NCBI GenBank assembly: GCA_963677595.1
Contig: OY782041.1
Location: forward strand, 1,120,001 to 1,184,000
Length of the DNA stretch: 64,000 bases
Source of the DNA: Spirochaetia bacterium
GTDB taxonomy: Bacteria; Spirochaetota; Spirochaetia; CAKZLE01
Direction: 5' to 3'
Part shown: positions 61,393 to 64,000 of the stretch, in pieces
How the letters are laid out: each line of letters starts with the position of its first letter
How positions within the stretch are numbered: position 1 is the stretch's first letter
Made by a program: the position numbers and the translations under genes
Notes under the pieces: generated by a model
Seen by the model: the letters and a program-made list of their open reading frames with translations, nothing else
What the model was told of the DNA's origin: nothing
Databases searched by the model: none

Positions 61393-62261
61393 ATGGTATT
61401 CCCCTCGCTGTCGATCTCTATATGAACCTTCCGGTCCGCCCAGCAGTTGATGCTCACAGCTACCGGCAGCCCTGCTATATGGGTGGCCTCTTCTTCGATC
61501 ATCAGGCCCAGAGCAGTGATCTTCCCTCCAAGGCCTCCTGACCCGATCCCGATCCCCTGGACCTTTTCCAGGACTGACCGCTCGAGTTCAGCATACCGCT
61601 CGTCCGGATTGGCTGAGCCGATCTCCCGCAGCAGTGCCCGTTTTGATAGGAGGGCTGCCCGGTCGGATGTGCCCCCGATCCCCACGCCCACGACGATAGG
61701 GGGACAGGGCTTGCCGCCTGCCTTCTTGATGACCGAGAGGATCGCCTCCTCCACCCCGGCAGCCCCGGTGGTCGGGTTGAGCATGGCAAGGCCTGAGCAG
61801 TTCTCACTGCCGAACCCCTTCATGAGGAGGTGTATGGAGATGGTGTTCCCCGGCACTGATTCGATATAGGAGATGAGCGGCAGGTTGTTCCCCGTGTTGA
61901 CCCGTTCGAAGACCGGTTCGGTGACCACTGACTTCCTGAAGGAGCCGTCTTCATAGGCCCTCTCAGCCCCCTTCTCGACTGCCTTCTTGATCCTGCCGAC
62001 CGGGAGGCAGAGGTCCTCCCCGATATCGATGAACGCCATCACCATCCCGGTGTCCTGGCACATCGGCAGGCGGGTTCGCTTTGCGGTCTCGAGGTTCTCG
62101 AGGATGCGCTTCAGTACCACTGCCCCGCTGGCTGCAGGGTCCTCCTGCTGTACAGCAGTCTGCAGTGCCTGCATGACATCACCGGCAAGCTCGACACCGG
62201 CTTCCCGCAATCCCCGGTAGACCACCTCTTCTATTCGTGAACTCATTTCCCTGCTCATCAT
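61389..62261 (-). CDS. Class I fumarate hydratase alpha subunit (TtdA/FumA-N family)
   Basis: PMCQDTG, KGFGSEN, PCPP..VGVGIGG, HIAGLPVA, CWA; start uncertain. Confidence 0.9.
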   Translation of the reverse strand: MMSREMSSRIEEVVYRGLREAGVELAGDVMQALQTAVQQEDPAASGAVVLKRILENLETAKRTRLPMCQDTGMVMAFIDIGEDLCLPVGRIKKAVEKGAERAYEDGSFRKSVVTEPVFERVNTGNNLPLISYIESVPGNTISIHLLMKGFGSENCSGLAMLNPTTGAAGVEEAILSVIKKAGGKPCPPIVVGVGIGGTSDRAALLSKRALLREIGSANPDERYAELERSVLEKVQGIGIGSGGLGGKITALGLMIEEEATHIAGLPVAVSINCWADRKVHIEIDSEGNTI

Positions 62262-62368
62262 GCTGTCAATATAACGATTTTCCGCTCCAGGTAAAAGATA
62301 TCTCTTGATGTATTGGACCATTCTTATGATAATAGGGGGTAATCAACCACGGTGAGAGGAGACCCATC

Positions 62369-62713
62369 ATGACCTTACAGGAAGTACTGGATTGCATAGA
62401 CGGAACTGCCGTATGCGGCAGCGAGCAGCTTGACCGGACCGTCCAGCTGGGGTTTGCCTCCGACCTCATGAGCGAGGTACTCACCCTGCTCGACGATGAC
62501 ATCCTGCTGATCACGGGCTTGTCGAACATCCAGTCGATCAGGACCGCCGAGATGTCCGATATATCACAGATCCTCTTCGTCCGCGGGAAGGTCCCGACCC
62601 CGCAGATGGTCAGCCTGGCTGAGGAGAACGGCATCGTACTCATGACCACGAAGTATTCCATGTTCCGTGCCAGCTACCTTCTTCACCATGCGGGGCTGAA
62701 TCCTGTCTACTAG
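62369..62713 (+). CDS. DRTGG-domain protein
   Basis: FASDLMSEVL, LLITGL, IRTAEM, VRGK. Confidence 0.85.
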   Translation: MTLQEVLDCIDGTAVCGSEQLDRTVQLGFASDLMSEVLTLLDDDILLITGLSNIQSIRTAEMSDISQILFVRGKVPTPQMVSLAEENGIVLMTTKYSMFRASYLLHHAGLNPVY

Positions 62714-62727
62714 GATCAGATGAACCC

Positions 62728-63147
62728 ATGAAGAAGACGTATGCCATACCATCAGGTGATTTCTCCCATGCAGGCCAGGCCTCGAGTGAGATCAAGAGCC
62801 TCCTGAAACAGCTGAACATCCCCCCGAGGATCATCAAGAGGGTCGTCGTGGCCCTCTACGAGGCAGAGGTGAATGTCGTCGCCCACTCGCTCGGCGGAAC
62901 GGTTTCCTGCGAGATCTGCCCAGACCATATCCAGGTCACCGTAGCCGATAGGGGGCCTGGCATCCCCGATGTGGATCTTGCCATGTCCGAGGGCTACTCC
63001 ACCGCATCGCCTGAAGTACGGGAGATGGGGTTCGGGGCTGGGATGGGACTACCGAACATCAAGAACAATACCGATGACCTCACCATCGACACATCGCCTG
63101 AAGGGACGGTCATCTCCATGCACATCTCCTTCTCAGGAGCTGAGTGA
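62728..63147 (+). CDS. Anti-sigma/Ser-Thr kinase (HATPase_c)
   Basis: YEAEVNVVAH, DRGPGI, GYST, GAGMGLPN. Confidence 0.88.
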   Translation: MKKTYAIPSGDFSHAGQASSEIKSLLKQLNIPPRIIKRVVVALYEAEVNVVAHSLGGTVSCEICPDHIQVTVADRGPGIPDVDLAMSEGYSTASPEVREMGFGAGMGLPNIKNNTDDLTIDTSPEGTVISMHISFSGAE

Positions 63148-64000
63148 TGACCTCCCACCACGTCCTGACAGTCAGGGAGGATATCTGCCGGGGCTGTACC
63201 AGGTGCATGAGGAACTGCCCGACCGAGGCGATCCGCCTCATCCACGGGAAGGCCCATGTCCAACCCGAGAAGTGCATCGACTGCGGGCAGTGCATGGATG
63301 CCTGTCCCTACTCCGCCATCGTCGTGGAACAGGATGACTTCGAGAAGATCCTCGACTACAACTACCGGGTCGTCATCCTCCCCTCAGTCTTCATCGGCCA
63401 GTTCGCCGACGACATCCCGGAACGGTACATCTACCAGTCCCTGATGGACATCGGGTTCAACGAGGTCTACGAGGCCGAGTTCGGCGTCGATATCCTCAAG
63501 ACCATCGGGAACCGGTTCAGCACCTACGCTGATGAGAAACCGGTCATCTCCTCCTACTGCCCGGCGGTCGTGCGACTCATCCAGATCAAGTACCCGACCC
63601 TGGTACGGAACATCAACCTGCTCAGGCCGCCGGTCGAGATCACGGCCATGTACATCAGGAAGAAGCTCATCGACCGCGGGATGGACCCGGAGGAGTTCGG
63701 GATCTTCTATGTGACCCCCTGCGTCGCCAAGATCGCACAGATCAAGTCACCCGAGCAGACCCATAACCGCGACATCTTCAACGGGGTCATCAACCTCGAT
63801 TATATCTATAACCTCGTCCAGCGGAACATCTCGAGGAACCGGAAGAAGCTTGCCGAGACCTCGGCAGAGACACCGATCCCCCCGCTCACACCCGAGGCAG
63901 GGTTATGGAGCCTTACCACCGGGGAGTGCAGCACGGTCTCAGGCAGGACCCTCGCAGTCGACGAGATACACAACGTGATCGAGTTCCTGGAGAAGCTTGA
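63147..64000 (+). CDS. [FeFe]-hydrogenase-like Fe-S protein, group D/HfsB-like (truncated by window end)
   Basis: Not in ORF track; MTSHHVL..CRGCTRCMRNCP..CIDCGQCMDACP (2x[4Fe-4S]), SSYCPAVV (P1-like), TPCVAK (P2-like); TGATG overlap. Confidence 0.82.
   Translation, partial: MTSHHVLTVREDICRGCTRCMRNCPTEAIRLIHGKAHVQPEKCIDCGQCMDACPYSAIVVEQDDFEKILDYNYRVVILPSVFIGQFADDIPERYIYQSLMDIGFNEVYEAEFGVDILKTIGNRFSTYADEKPVISSYCPAVVRLIQIKYPTLVRNINLLRPPVEITAMYIRKKLIDRGMDPEEFGIFYVTPCVAKIAQIKSPEQTHNRDIFNGVINLDYIYNLVQRNISRNRKKLAETSAETPIPPLTPEAGLWSLTTGECSTVSGRTLAVDEIHNVIEFLEKL

Noticed and set aside
1-64000. tRNA, rRNA, CRISPR array, IS element or integrase
   Set aside because: Intergenic regions are short and show no cloverleaf, repeat-spacer or terminal-inverted-repeat pattern by eye

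Overview
High-GC (~55-60% by eye) bacterial chromosomal window. It is most likely from an anaerobic free-living spirochaete (Spirochaetia), inferred from Cys-less 'VFANGQ/VFAGGD' secreted-protein N-termini and gene content. Contents: (i) two convergent operons around a YbiW-like glycyl radical enzyme with its activase, a ROK kinase, a GMC and a Gfo/Idh/MocA oxidoreductase, a divergent ribulose-P-epimerase homolog and DeoR; (ii) a translationally coupled four-gene operon (fold-II PLP enzyme, MurL-like ATP-dependent epimerase, Ddl-like ATP-grasp ligase, GNAT) that I cannot match to a described pathway; (iii) an M20 amidohydrolase/DUF5058-type module, SulP and a polar amino acid ABC transporter; (iv) a tandem-domain KamA-like radical SAM enzyme with an M23-like partner; (v) arfB, slyD and a complete hisGDC(NB)HAF(IE) operon with an unannotated His4 leader peptide/attenuator that appears leaderless; (vi) four paralogous outer-membrane beta-barrel-like genes, one split by a +1 G in a G6 tract; (vii) a lower-GC sugar island (two-component system, ABC transporter, GH78, UroD-like) and an Rpn nuclease between the third and fourth paralogs; (viii) FKBP, split class I fumarase and the start of a DRTGG/kinase/[FeFe]-hydrogenase-like operon. 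No rRNA, tRNA or CRISPR array was seen. All family calls come from motif recognition; no database searches were run.
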